A DNA stretch of 64,000 nt from Octopus sinensis. Its lineage: Eukaryota. Shown piece by piece: positions 24,995 through 37,949 of this stretch (position 1 is its first letter; every line of letters begins with the position of its first letter). Position numbers and translations under genes: made by a program. The notes below the pieces were generated by a model, which saw only the letters and a program-made list of their open reading frames with translations, searched no databases and was not told the DNA's origin. The stretch is from NCBI RefSeq assembly GCF_006345805.1, contig NW_021832228.1, positions 138,114 through 202,113 of the forward strand, read 5' to 3'.

Positions 24995-25269
24995 GATGAC
25001 AGTGTGATATTGTACAGAACCATAGAACCAACTCAGACTGCCAGGCATTCCAATAAAAATCCAGGAATGATTGGCGAAACTGTGCTATTAAATAGAGGAC
25101 AAGACGGTTTTGGCATTAGTAGTCGGAACCTCCTTTGACTCGATCAGGAATCTTCATACATAAGTTACTTAGTTTGTATTATCATTCATTACGTATTTTT
25201 TATTATCATTTCTGATAACCTCAGATAGTTTACGCCGATTTTAATCAACTTCCATATGATAACAACAGT

Positions 25270-25800
25270 ATACGGCGGCGGTTGGCTGAACAAAGTAAAT
25301 ATTTCCGACCTTTTTTATAATTTACAATTGAGACCTTTACGTATGCAATTAAATTATACACATCGTAATAGTATGACTTGATGCTTAAAAACAATTATTC
25401 AATAAACGCATGTGAAACAGATTTTGACAAAATATTTTTAACGAATTTTCAACTAGATTTAATGAAATAGATAACTACGTGTTATATATGTCCAAAATTC
25501 TTCATTTCGTTGCTAAATATTTTGATGGTTTGATCATCGTCCAGGAAAATAACCGCCACTGTGGGTGCAAAGTCAAGCTTTGTATAAGCGATAAGGAATT
25601 TCTGTGCTGGAGAGCTAATATCTACGATCAGAAAACTAGAATTCTTTTTTCATTCATGCGAGCTTTGTCAACAATCATAAGATTTACTTTTCCACAAAAA
25701 AGGAGCTTAATGAAACTGTTCATTTACTGATAAAAAAAAGTTTGATTTTTAAAAGTTGATTTGATTCTTTATTTAATATCTATGAATTTATAGAAATTCA
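25270..25800 (+). mobile_element. Decayed mariner-like remnant
   Basis: Possible terminus TACGGCGGCGGTTGGCTG after TA; weak similarity to the mariner C-terminus. Confidence 0.35.
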
Positions 25801-25859
25801 GAATGGAGCAAATTTTAGATTCATATCTTAGAATATTTAGATTCATACCTATCCGACAT

Positions 25860-26630
25860 TCCTAACCCTAAAATGGAAGACTCGATCATTCTCGCCTACG
25901 CAGAAGACCTACTCATTGGATCAAGTGATCAAGACCTCTTGAAAGCTTCCAAAAGAGCACAAGATCTCTTATTTCAAATTCGTCCACTACCCTATTTACG
26001 TCAGACAAAAGACTCGGAAGACTCACTATTGATCTCTTTCTGGACAACGAAAAGATCCCATTCACGAAGAACCCTAATATCCTTGGAATCACTTTTGACA
26101 CCCACAAGAACAAATGTATGGAAACAATTACTGCCAATTTAGAGAAGGCCATCGGATCCAGTCAGAGAAAGATTGGGCTAATCAAATCAATATTTGGCGG
26201 ACTAAAGAAACCGTTCCCGGCTCTCAGCCTCTCTACAAACAATTCATCAAACCGACATAAGAAAATAATCTCTCACGGTCAAACCGCCTTAAAATTGAGA
26301 CTACACTATGCCGAGTCGCGGGTAGCATAATGAAAATTTTCAATTTGAACAATATTATTCCAAGTCTGCTTGACCACCTAATTAAGAAAGATGGAAAGAG
26401 CTTCTTGGCCATTCAATAAGACCAACTGTCATAAGACCATCATATGTCAATTAGCAAACAGAAGCACATCACCCCAATCCAATTCCTTACAAAAACTGTC
26501 ACCGTCCGTTCCCCACTTGCGTTGGGTCCAGAGTTCAAAATCGGGAAAAGCTGGGAAAAATCTTCAGGATCGTTGGAATCACCTAATTAATTACTCTAAT
26601 TAACGGTTGGTGTTTCTTGGGTTAAATAAA
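25860..26630 (+). mobile_element. I-group LINE RT C-terminal fragment
   Basis: ILAYAEDLLI and NPNILGITFD; similar to 37100-37819. Confidence 0.75.
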
Positions 26631-26659
26631 AAAATGTTTAGAATCACTCAAATAGATAG

Positions 26660-27045
26660 TTAAATTGCGGTTGGCAACTACTTCAGAAGGCTCTGCGGCA
26701 AAGTCGCTGCCAGAAGGGTTGCAATGAGAATCGGGATCGAGGTCTCACCCACGCAAGTCGGTGTTAGTGTACGTGGCGGCTTGTCCATGGGCAAACGTGT
26801 CACTACTGATTTCATCGCTGTGAAGCTGGATGTCACCAACGCTTTCAAAAACGTGCGCCGCGATGCTATTTTGGAAAGATGTTCTCAAAGAGCACCGGAA
26901 ATAATCCATCTTGTTCGGAGAGCAGTCTCGTATATGGGAATGAGATCATCCGTTCGCAGACTGACGTGCCACAGGGTGACTTCTCTCTGCGATAACAATC
27001 GATGAGGCAGCTCGACTTGCTGTCTCTCCTTTCAATCTTCGGTAA
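26660..27045 (+). mobile_element. CRE RT fragment with internal deletions
   Basis: IAVGNYFRRLCGKV, QVGVSVRGG, VKLDVTNAFKNVRRD and DVPQGD. Confidence 0.85.
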
Positions 27046-28259
27046 TGAAAAAATAATTAAATTCTATTGTTTATACGTCGAGATTTATACATTGACTAAA
27101 ATTGTAGATTAGCCATTATATTGTAAAATATGCGATATTTGTGTAACATTCCATAAAAATGGTTTGTAGAAAAACACAAATTGACGCAAAAACATAAATC
27201 GCATATGAACGAGCCTAAAAAGAGCATTCAAAGGTTTTTTCCCACTACTGTTGTTACTAATGATTTTTCGCTCAATCTAACTAAAGCATTTGTTTCAGCA
27301 AATATTCCATTATATAAATTACGGAATCCTGCCTTAATAATTTTTACCTTCAGAATCAAAATGTCGAAACAATGTCAAAATTTTGGCAGAAAGACGTGTT
27401 AGTGAGATTATCCAATTGTTAATTAATGAAAGGATTTTCTTAATTGTTGATGAGTCTGATGCCGGTAAAGATAAATTTGTCAATATTCTTATTGATACAC
27501 AATTGTGGTTTAAGGATAAAACTAAGTTACCCTACAGTGGATAACTTAATTGCCTCCATTACAGGACTTGTTTCCAAAAATAATAGTCGAAGGCAACTAT
27601 TTTCTGAAATAGGACTACCTCCAGAACCTATTGTTACTAGATGGGGAAGCTGGCTTCGAGCAACCAAGTACTACGTGGAACATTTTCCCAGAGTGTTGGA
27701 AATATGCAATTCGTAAAAAGGAGAATCCCTATTGATTCGGAGGGCAAAATAATCAATAAACCATGAAGGACTTGTTAATCATTTAAAAGAAATATGGAAT
27801 CAGTATTCTCCACTTGCAGATGTTCTTCCTGAAATTGAGTCCACAAACTTTTCAATCGAGAAGGCTATCAATTTTTTGAAAATACTCGATCTGAAAGAAG
27901 ATACCTGCGAAATAAAAGAATATATTGATAAAAGAATGAATAAGAATGAAATTATGAAAATTGTTAACGGAGAAGAAAATTTTTCGCCTATGGAAAAGTT
28001 GCGACTACTCCAATGTCAGGCAACTACATGTTCTGTGGAGCGTTCATTTTCAATTCTCCATAAAATTTAGGCAAAAGATCGGAATTTTAAACCGGAGAAC
28101 CTTAAATTTTATATGATTCTTTATAACTCCTGATTTAAAAAAAATTCTCGGCTCTTTTTAGGTCAACTTTTTGGTCAACTTTCGTTTTTTGTGGTTCAAT
28201 TTAGATGACTTTTAGAGGTCAATTTTTGATATTTTTGGGTCAACTTTGTGGTTGCCCTA
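27045..28259 (+). mobile_element. Decayed hAT (TAGGG-terminus family) with right end
   Basis: AFVSANIPLYKLRNP, GLPPEPIVTRWGSWL and ATTCSVERSFS; subterminal GGTCAA repeats; terminus GGTTGCCCTA. Confidence 0.85.
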
Positions 28260-28880
28260 TTTACAACCTACAAAAAACTACGATAGATTGTAAATCAAAA
28301 CTTCCAGAATATCCTTTTAAAAATATTATTGAACTTTTAACCTTTTAATGCTCAGTGATTTGTTTTTCTTTAAATAATAATTTTAATAAAATATAGTTTC
28401 TAAATATCTTTAAGAATTTATAGAATTTCCAATTTACACGTTTTTTGAGTAACTCTTAATTTTTCCTACAAGATCCTCCCTGTCACAAAATTCAGCAGCG
28501 GATTCAACTAGGAGTTGAGACTCCGGGCACTTTTTGGATTAACATTATTGTCCCGGTGATGTTCTTTGTTAAAGCATCCTATTTTAATCGTAAAATATAA
28601 TTTGTTGATATTCAGTGGAAGAAATATTTTTTATTGACTATGATGAAAAATTCATAATCCAATCATTATTCAGGAGGAACAAGAGAAGCGTTGCACAATA
28701 TTTTGCGACAAAAAAGACATTTGGCTTTCGATAAAAGCTTTTCACCAAACTTTGAAAATCCCTATAACAGATATTCGCCCAAGTATTTTCGTTTCTGTAT
28801 TATTAATTGTAATTTTTTATACTTTCTTTAGAGTTATTTCGATTAAACGTTTTGATATTCATTAATTCAGATATAATAAA

Positions 28881-29562
28881 TGTCACCGTCTTGAAGGGAC
28901 CCCCAGGGTTGAACGGAAAATTAAGAATTAAAAAGGCAAAAGTAAATGGCAGGCATAAATTATATGTAAAAAATAGTATTTTAATTATTTTTATAATAAT
29001 TCTAATGTTTAATTTATTATTTTAGAATGGCTTGTCTAAAATTTTATTTTTACATATCAAATTATGACATGCAATGCGACATTGTGACCTTACTCATGAG
29101 GGTTAGGGGTAGGGTAGGGTTAGGGTAGGGTTAGGGGCAGGATTAGGGGCAGGATTAGGGGCAGGATTAGGGCTAGGTTTAGGGTAGGGTTAGGGTCAGG
29201 ATTAGGGTTAGGTTTAGGGTAGGGTTAGGATTAGGGTTAGGCAACATCTATGAAGTGGTGGAAATGGGTATAAGTGGGTTTACGATTGGTTACTTTACTT
29301 TGTTTTTAACTATATATAATTGGCTTTGTAAATTGTAATGACATTCATTTGAAATATTTATTATATTATTTATAATTAGTCTATTTATTTTTCTGAAATT
29401 AAGGCAGTACTAATGTAATCATAATTTTACTAATATAGAAATATTTTGAGGTCATGCAAGTATCTCTGGAATCCTCTTTTGGGTATTTCAATTATTAAGT
29501 GTATGAAATATCTAATTAGGGTAGGGTCCCTTCAAACTTGGGGTCGTTCGATGCCTGTGACA
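28881..29562. mobile_element. Second Ginger-type MITE containing a telomere-like array
   Basis: Termini TGTCAC..GTGACA with an inverted TTGAAGGGACCC motif; 5-bp TSD ATAAA at 28876-28880 and 29563-29567. Confidence 0.85.
29100..29241 (+). repeat. Degenerate interstitial (TTAGGG)n-like array, about 140 bp
   Basis: TTAGGG, TAGGG and TTAGGGGCAGGA units. Confidence 0.95.
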
Positions 29563-29653
29563 ATAAATATACTAAACAAATTCTAAAAAATAACTATTTT
29601 CCGTTTTTTAATAATAGAAAATCAAATTGAAATCAAAAAAATCAAAAAATAAT

Positions 29654-30590
29654 TCACATTTTTTTAATCAAATCCTCCTCCAATTGTGACACATCAGAAC
29701 CGTCACTACAAACGGTACCAAACTCGACAGAATCTCCTAAAAAATCTTAAAAAGATTATAACCAATAACTGTCTGTGTATCAGTTCCTTTAGTCATATTA
29801 TTATAATATTCTCTAAATACTATAAAGTTCAGAATCAAACTTAAAATATAATTCCCTCAAATCATCAAAACGTCCCAGCAACTCATCAAAACCAATCCCA
29901 ATAGTAGATGAAACACAAACTGTCTGAAACAAAACAATCTTTAAAAATACCTCAATCGTCTCATAAAAATGATCAAGAACCGAATCAAGTAGCCTAATGT
30001 CGTTAGATGCATGTGATGGATATTGGTCAAGAGCTTCCCAGTAAACATCAGGGTTTCTTATCCACTCCAAGACGACTCCAGTGCCATCCAAATCACACTG
30101 AAATTCATCAATATGTTTAGACCTTATTTAAACAAAGTAATAACGGCAAATTATATTTACCAATCATTGAACTGGTTTGGATTACTTATTTTTTCCTTTT
30201 TTGGATTCGATCAGTCGAATAACTTGGTCGAATCGAGTGGCATATAGATTAAGAGAACAGAAAATTGCTCCATTTGAACCAGGATTGTAGTCCTTCCTTA
30301 CTTTTGTATACGAGATGTTATCTCGTATATCTAAAGGAGTGATTATTATTATCATACCAATATTTGGGATGTATGGAAGATTGACTAATGTTGGATCGAA
30401 ATTTATAACGAATGGTGATGTTCCCGCAATTTTAAGTTTAGAATTTAACATCTACTCAATAATGGTTTTGAAAAACGTTTATAAATGTTGTTTTCCCTGA
30501 CCCTGCCATTCCAAGGACTAGAATTACTGTGGGTAAATCTTCTGGTTGTTTTAAAGCTGGGGAAATTGATTTTTGCTTAGATTCTGGCAT
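29654..30590 (-). pseudogene. GPN1: GPN-loop GTPase 1 with internal deletion
   Basis: ILVLGMAGSGKTTF, PFVINFDP, NIDIRD, SLNLYATRFDQVI, LPLLLCLNK, VLDHFYETI and VCVSSTIGIGFDEL. GPN reads GSN, the DTPGQ segment is missing, and introns are 24-27 nt. Confidence 0.93.
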
Positions 30591-31201
30591 TATGACTAGT
30601 ATTAAAAACACAACAAATGACAGCGTTAAAATTTATTCTATTTTATTTATATTAATATAATTATATTAAAATATTCTATTTATATTAAACAATTTTAATA
30701 TAAAATTTTACTTTTTTTAATTTTATTTAATATTCCAAAACTTTTTTTCCAATTCTTGAAGGACTTATCGTTGGATAATTTTTATAATTACTTAAAAATT
30801 ATCTATTGGCGTATAGGTTAATAATTAAAAATAAAATAAGCTTAAGATTCTTTATTCAATCAGGTTTGTTATTACCTCACCCAATACACATGTCACTTGC
30901 TGAAATAAAGGTTTCCCCTGCATTCAGTTGATTTTGTGAACATTAGATTTTATTCAGCGCAAGAGAGGACTCGAGATTTGAGAGAAGATCGTGCCAGGGC
31001 AGGCAGCGAGAGATACAGAGGAGCTTAGACGTGTGAATTCAGCCTTTAGGGAAAAATGTATTGTGAAGGATGAGGAAAAGAAATCTGAGTATGATTTTTT
31101 GAAATTTAATATCTTTGCTGACCCATATTTTCGTAAAAATTAGAACAGAAAAATTTGATTAAATCTTTTAGTTAAAAATTATCCTGAGTTAGAAAACTAC
31201 A

Positions 31202-32090
31202 TTACTCAAAAATCGGATAGTATATTTTAATGCCTATTCCTGCTGCGTTTTCATGCTCTCTTGATAATCTTGAATATCCACTCTCCCCCACCATGAAGTC
31301 CCCCAACTATTAGACTGGAAGAATATTTAGTACCTCTTTTTGATCAGCCAATATTTTAGTGTATTTTCAACTCCATAACCAACTAAAAGTGCCAAATGTA
31401 TCATATTCTTTGGATCGTATTTATTAATTTTTAATATTCTTGCGGAGTTTTAAAAATATTACCTTTTGTATAGAACATAAAAGCAAATGAAGTGGGATCT
31501 AAATTGACAGTCACTGGGCCAATTTCTGTAACTATTTTTTAAAGTTGGTAATTTGTTAAATTTTTCATGCTAACGTATCCTTTGTCTTTCAATCTTAATT
31601 TGTTATAGTGAAATCTACACTTGACTGTCTACAAACGTATTAAACAAACCGAACCCTCCCCTCATAAGGATACTCTTCTTGAGTGTCGAGACCTCCAACT
31701 GTAAGAATATATTGAATAATGTTTTCAAACATTCCCCCCAGCAGCCGAAATTTTTAAACGGGAATGTGCAGTCGATAACATTTTGTTCACTGAAAGCAAC
31801 CAGCTTGTTAAACTTTAATGCATATTGGCTTTCTAAACTCGCAACCTAAAAATAAACTAAACCGTCCCAAAAGCATAACAAGATCCGCATTTAAATTGGT
31901 CCCTAACAGGAGTTACTACATTTTGTTGAGTCCAATTTAAATATTCAGGAAGATCGTAAATATTGTCCAATTTATCAAAAACGAAATTTTGAGAATTATT
32001 TTGAATAAATTTATAGTCAGATGAGTTTTGTATCTTGATTAGAATTCTCAATGATAGAGAAAAATTATTTAGCCAAATTAATATTACATT
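31202..32090 (-). pseudogene. Cathepsin L-like (papain C1A) protease, 5'-truncated
   Basis: VTPVRDQFKCGSCYAF, FSEQNVIDC, GCWGG, YPYEG, HLALLVGYG, YWLIK and NSWG; in-frame TAA near 31541; short introns. Confidence 0.92.
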
Positions 32091-32099
32091 CTAAAAAAG

Positions 32100-35000
32100 T
32101 TTTGCACGTTGTTGCTGTTGTTGTTCATTTCATTCTCTCTTTCAATTTTTTGTTCTTTGTTTTCTTTCTCTTTTCACTTCTTTTCAATCTTTTTTCGTTC
32201 TATCTAACCCACTCTCTTTCATCTCATTCTTTCTTTCCTATCTCATCTTACTTTATATCTCTCTATCCCCATGTCATTTTGTTTTTCTTGTAAATCTGTT
32301 AATTCTCGCAAAACTGGTCGCTCCTGCGCCTCTTGCAGTCAGTTTTTCCACCTCTCGTGTGTTAAACTCACTAAACGTGATTCGGCGTCAATCCTTTCTT
32401 GGAAGTGCCCCTCATGCCTCCCACACACGTGGATCCCTAAGCCTTCTCCCCACCCGGCGCCCATCCCGCCTGACAAGTTTCTGTCGCTTCTTTCCGAATC
32501 CCGAAGCCTCCGCGTAATCCCTGCAAGAATTCCCAAATCTGCGCGAATCTGCGTTGCTGATACGCTATCCGACATAATCGATCAGTCCCTTAAAAGCAAT
32601 CTTCCAGAAACTTGGTGCAAACTATTTTCGTTTCCTTCTGTTTGTCTGGGAGCTGCCCCTCGTAAAACGGAGTCAGTAAATAGGACATCGGCCGCTCAGC
32701 AGATTAAAGACCGCTGCAGTTCGTTCATAAAGGCACCCTTCGACTTATCATGGATCACGCCAGATCGCCCCTCGACCGCGAAATCTCGCGGGCCTCTTAA
32801 ACAAGACGAAGGGGTACGCTTAGCCCGGTCAGTTAACAGCAAACTAATGCAGGGAGATGTCTCTGCTGCTGTTCATTTTATTTCATCCACGGCATCCATT
32901 GCCCCGCATACTGATTCCGTTCTGAATTCACTCCAGTTGAAACATCCTCCCGCTCCACCTGATATCCGTGAACCCCCTCACATAGCCAAAACCGAACGAA
33001 TTGTTTCCTCCAGTGACGTGTTAGCCTGCCTTGGATCATTTCCACCGAGCAGTAGCGGGGGAGTAGATGGCCTAAAGCCGATACACCTAAAGGATCTTGT
33101 CGCGCCCATGACAGGGGAATCTGGTGCACGCCTCCTGTCCTCGATTGCATCCTTGTGCAGCAGAATTGTCTCTGGAAATATCCCATCTTTTGCACGCGAT
33201 TTACTGTTCTCGGCCAAACTGACGGCACTTAATAAAAGTGATGGGGGCATCAGACCCATCGCTGTGGGAAACACATTCAGGAGTCTCTCTGCAAAAATTA
33301 TCCTCAGTGTTGTCCTCCCTGATTTGAGCTCTCAGCTGCTGCCACATCAGTTCGGTGTCGGTGTTCGCGGTGCTTGTGAGGCTTCTGCCCATGGGGTGAG
33401 GGAGTTGGTCATCAATGGCAATCCAAAAATCCCATATCTTGTTAAGCTGGACGTGCGCAACGCTTTTAACAGTGTTCGCAGAGACCACATCCTGGAAGTT
33501 GTGCACACCCGCTGCCCGGCACTCTACCCAATTGTCCATCTATCTTATGCGCGTTCCTCGAATCTCCTTTTTGGAAAAAATCTGTTGTCCTCAGCGTCTG
33601 GGGTTCAGCAAGGGGACCCATTGGGACCTCTCCTATTTGCCCTCGCAGTGGACCTTATTGCTCAAAGGCTTTTGTGCCCGTTAAATTTCTGGTATCTCGA
33701 CGATGTCACCTTAGGTGGCTCGCTTGAAAATATTCATAACGACGTTGCTGATATTATTTCGGGTTTTAGCCAAATTGGCTTATCCCTTAATGGCTCCAAG
33801 TCGGAATTTACCCTGCTTTCCCTCGATCATTCTTTATTTTATCCTGCCTTCACGTCCCTGTCCGAGAAAGTTGTCGGTCTCTCTGCGACAGACCCGGACG
33901 ATCTGGTCATCCTTGGTTCACCAATCTCTGGTCGAGGTATTTCCGCCGCCATTGAGCGTAAAAAACGCCAGCTGGCTCAAACACTGGAGCGTATCTCCCA
34001 ACTGGGCGCACATGTCGGGCTATTCCTTATAAAGAATTACCTATTCATCCCCCGCCTAACCTACCTATTCCCTCGTCTCCATGCTTTCGGGAACCAGACC
34101 TCTTGTCCGACCTGGACTCCGTAATCTGGAAGTCAGTTGGGAAGCTTCTTAATGTTGACTTTGGCGGGGACCTACTTACCCGCGCAATGTTACCCCTCCG
34201 TTTCGGAGGCATCGGTATCCGCTCGTGCAAAGACATTTCTATCCCATGCTACCTATCTTCGCTCTCGGTATCAAGAAATTTTGTCAGTTCTGTTCTTTTT
34301 CGCTCCCCTGAACGTTTTGAACTGACTGAATTTTCTTCTGCCCTCGCTGCCTGGACCGCCTCAGGTCTTTCCTTCCCCGTGGAGGATCACTTGCAGAGGA
34401 GTTGGGACTCCATCCGCTGCAAAGAAGTGGTAAAGTCCCTTAAAGGAAGCGCCGATCAAGTTAAACTCGCATCGTTGAATGCAGCCTGTCACCCGCATTC
34501 TGGAGACTGGTTGAAAGCCATCCCTCTGTCCACCGCTGGTCTCCTCTTGGATGATGAATCGACTCGAATCGGGACCTGTCTTCGTCTGGGAATTCCCCTT
34601 TGCCACCCTCACCGGTGCAAGTGCGGCCACATGATTGGCCCCGATGGTCTCCACCCCCTTTCGTGCCGCTTAAGCACCGGGCGTATCCCGAGACACGCTG
34701 GCCTGAACCACGTCGTCAAACAGGCCCTCAATGCCGCAGGCTTCCTTTCTGTTCTGGAGCCTGCCGGCCTCGACCGTGGCGACGGCAAGCGTCCAGACGG
34801 AATGACAGTCTTTCCATTCTCGGAGGGGAAATGTCTCGTTTGGGACGTTACCTGCGCGGACACCTTTGCCCCCGGGACCGTTGCTCAGTCTGCGTCCTCC
34901 CCCGGCTTCGCTTCCCGTCGGGCTGAGGAGACGAAGCGGAAGAAATACGCCTCTCTCTCACCAAATTACCACTTTGTCCCGATTGCTGTGGAGACAAGTG

Positions 35001-35240
35001 GGGTGATAGGGACGGGCGGAGTATCGTTTTGTCCGAAATTAGGAAGCGCATCAACAAGGGCACGAAGGACCACCGCGAAATCAGCTGGCTGTACCAGAGG
35101 ATATCGATCGCAATCTTGCGAGGTAACCCGCTTGCAATCCGAGGTGCAGCCACTGCTGACTCTTAATTAGCTATTTTGGTTAAGTTTTTTTTCGATTGAT
35201 TATTTCCATTAAAATTTACAACTATTATTAAAAAATTAAT
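32100..35240 (+). mobile_element. Near full-length CRE-clade non-LTR retrotransposon (PHD finger, RT, zinc knuckle, RLE)
   Basis: Pyrimidine-rich 5' UTR, single ORF and AT-rich 3' end; exact ends and TSD not identified. Confidence 0.93.
32271..35166 (+). CDS. CRE polyprotein with two 1-bp frameshifts (about 34071 and 35028)
   Basis: PHD CFSC..CASC..FHLSC..WKCPSC; RT GGIRPIAVG, KLDVRNAFNS, GVQQGDPLGPLLF and WYLDD; CKC..H..SC; RLE RH..LN, KRPDG..VWDVT, KRKKY and FVPIAVETSG. The corrected frame ends QRISIAILRGN..ADS*. Confidence 0.9.
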
Positions 35241-35419
35241 TTAATAAACTAATTTGCCTGCTGTTAATTTTTATACTTAATTATGAAAAGAGAAAACGTG
35301 TTGTCAATTTGATCAGTGTAAACTCGGAAAGATGAAATAATCGACTGTTTTTGATTGAGGTTAATAACGGTTCTCAAATTTGCAAAATGTCTTTTTTACT
35401 CTTTTCAAACTCTTTTTAC

Positions 35420-36110
35420 GTTGGGTATCTTCAACGTTAAAGGATTAAAGTCGTCGGTGAAAAGGAGGTCACTTTGCCAGGATGACTATCTGCTCCCTGC
35501 AATGTCAAAGAAGGACTAAACGAACAAAATGCTTACCATGACTTCATGTTGCTTCCCCGTGGATATCAGACTATGGTAATATATCAAAAGAATATTGAAA
35601 ATGAATTACAGATTTGGATCTAACTCCACAATTTTACATTTATATATACCTACATCTCAAAAAGCATCTAAAAACCCAAGGCAATTGGATTACTCCTACA
35701 GTTCACTATTTACAACCCTTATGGAAATATCCCTATTTATTTTAGATAGATTTGAATGCGAAGGTTGGAAAAGAAGCCTGAGAATCAAACTTCACGGGTA
35801 CCCACGGAAGAAGAAGGAGAAACATGCCTGCAACAACCATGGCCAGCATTCACTTGCAACACGGAATTTCGGCACGTTGCATGGCATATCACGACTTGGA
35901 CGGGAGAATTTCGGAGTCGGAAAGACATGTAATCAAAATATATAATCAAATTGACTACTTTCTGTTTCGATTAAGACTGGTTAGATTTGAATTGGATATC
36001 ACTCCGACAAAAACCCAGAAAGCTGTGAAAAAGTATAAAACCTCCCATATAACCACTCAAAATAGTTCAAAAAAATTTCAACGCCTACGAAACCCTAATC
36101 AACCCCGATA
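35420..36110 (+). mobile_element. Decayed RTE-like APE endonuclease fragment
   Basis: GIFNVKGLKSSVKRRSLCQD and YNQIDYFL, parallel to the 11.2-12.4 kb element. Confidence 0.7.
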
Positions 36111-36179
36111 AACGTGATTTATACGACAAGTACGGGAAGAGATGGAGAAAGACATCAAAAGGTCATACATCGGGATTTC

Positions 36180-37080
36180 ATGATTGTATGCATTGAATTG
36201 AATATAATGCTTTCAATGAATGAATTCTCTGAAAAATTATTAGAACGTTACGGTTCACATTTGTCAACCGAAAACATACGTTAACATATACACAGTATGC
36301 TTTACAAAGTGACACTGTCGAATGGAAGTTTAGAGAGTCAATTGTCCAGAGATTAAATTACAAAGAGCTGAATTTGGGAGAGCATGGGAGCGGGAGCTTT
36401 GTGCTCGTTCAATTGCAGCCAAAAGATCGTGACAACGATCAGATGGGGAGATTGTTGAGGGTCTTTTAGTTACTGTAATCACAGCATCCAAACAACACCA
36501 CGTGAAGGTGACCCACATCGTCGAACCGGGTCCAGCTTGCTCAGATTCGCACGGGACATCATCCACTGATTTTCGAAACATACCGTTCCTTCACCCCCGA
36601 AGACCTCTTCCCCTGTCCTGGACCGCCTCACTTGTCTCCGCCTATTGGGATTCGGGATCTCTGGGAGCGCCCGATCTTCGCGTCTCGCTACCTGATTGCA
36701 GCCGGCTTCCTACGTGTTAGTGAAGCCGGGGTAACATAACTAACTAACTAATTTGGGAGAAAACTTCTTGAATATCAAGGAGAGTTGCAAACAATATTGT
36801 TTGCTGATAAAAGAAATTTCAGCTTGCATATTCGTCGTTCAAAATAATTAATTATTCAAAAGGTTGGTCAAAAGTTGGATCACGTGCATCGTCAATTCAG
36901 CGACTTCAAAAGGTCCAAATATCCATGTAATTGGAGCTATTTCAGTGCATGGGCTTATCCATTATGAAATACAAAGAGTCTCTTTTAAGTCTGATGGTGC
37001 AAAAGAGTTTTCGGGAACTGTCTTCGCAAAGCTTATGAAATAAACAACTCCGAGGCCGTAGTTATAATTGACAATGCTAT
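36180..37080 (+). mobile_element. IS630/Tc1-like transposase remnant, interrupted
   Basis: LSMNEFSEKLLERYG.HLSTENIR, SKGPNIHVIGAISVHGLIHYEI and VVIIDNA. Confidence 0.7.
36470..36750 (+). mobile_element. 5'-truncated I-group LINE 3' end with (TAAC)n tail
   Basis: RVQLAQIRTGHHPL and DLWERP..SRYL; tail TAACATAACTAACTAACTA. Confidence 0.7.
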
Positions 37081-37099
37081 TCAGGATTGGAAGAAATCC

Positions 37100-37880
37100 T
37101 TGGTGAAGAAGACCACAATGCATCGAATTCTTCGATTGGCGACATATACTCCTATGGTCAATCTGTTATTACTATATGCAGACGATTTTATCGTCGCATC
37201 AAGGGATGTGAGCATAATAAAAGCAACGGATAGAATACAGGATAACCTCAACAATCTGAGTTCATGGCTATATAAAAACGAACTGGATGCAAGTCCGGAA
37301 AAATCTATTTTGTCTCTGTTTACGAAAAACAGAAGACTTGGGAAAGTCTCAATTGAAGCGAAGTTAGACGGGGAAATTATACCGCAGAGCAAAACCCAGA
37401 AGATTCTTGGTGTTACATTCGACACCTTTCTAACCTTCTCAACCCACGTCGAAAATTTAGTTATGGCGGGTGCAAGAAAGATTAACTTCCTGAATGCCTT
37501 CCTGAAGAACGCAGGAGAATGCAAAGGCCTATATGGCCTAAACAACATATATAATCAATACTTGGAACCTACGATCGGCTATGCGTGCGGAATCTGGGGA
37601 ACAAACTTAAGTGCAAACAATCAATCAAAAATCGACAAAATTCGGTTGAAAGCGGCAAACCTGCTAAACATTTTCTCCGATAAAGAGATTATCCCAAAAG
37701 CCTGGAACAACAGAGAGGTTCGTCCTGAAAATCCCCGTCCGTACCGAAAATGCGTCGGGACAACGGCGGAACATCGGGAGAGGCTGCGCGAACTGCTGAG
37801 GGAGGCTGGGATCACCTGAATTCTTCTTTCTTTTGGCTATGACGGTGGTTTTCTGGTTCAATAAATATAAAATAAATAAA
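37100..37880 (+). mobile_element. I-group LINE RT C-terminal fragment
   Basis: LLYADDFIV, SPEKS, KILGVTFDTFLTFSTHV and YLEPTIGYACGIWG. Confidence 0.9.
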
Positions 37881-37949
37881 TCCAATTGAAACTATTTTTA
37901 TACGTTGTCGATTAGTTAAATTGTAGATTATAAAGTTGAGCTTGCAAAT

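Noticed and set aside
19935-29241. TTAGGG arrays as true chromosome ends or fusion points
   Set aside because: They are short, degenerate, single-orientation and enclosed by TIRs with TSDs.
32339-35153. Antisense and alternate-frame ORFs overlapping the CRE ORF
   Set aside because: These are shadow ORFs expected in GC-richer coding DNA and contain no motifs.
32100-35240. CRE element targeting telomeric repeats or spliced-leader genes
   Set aside because: No telomeric or recurring conserved sequence was seen at the junctions of this or the other copies.
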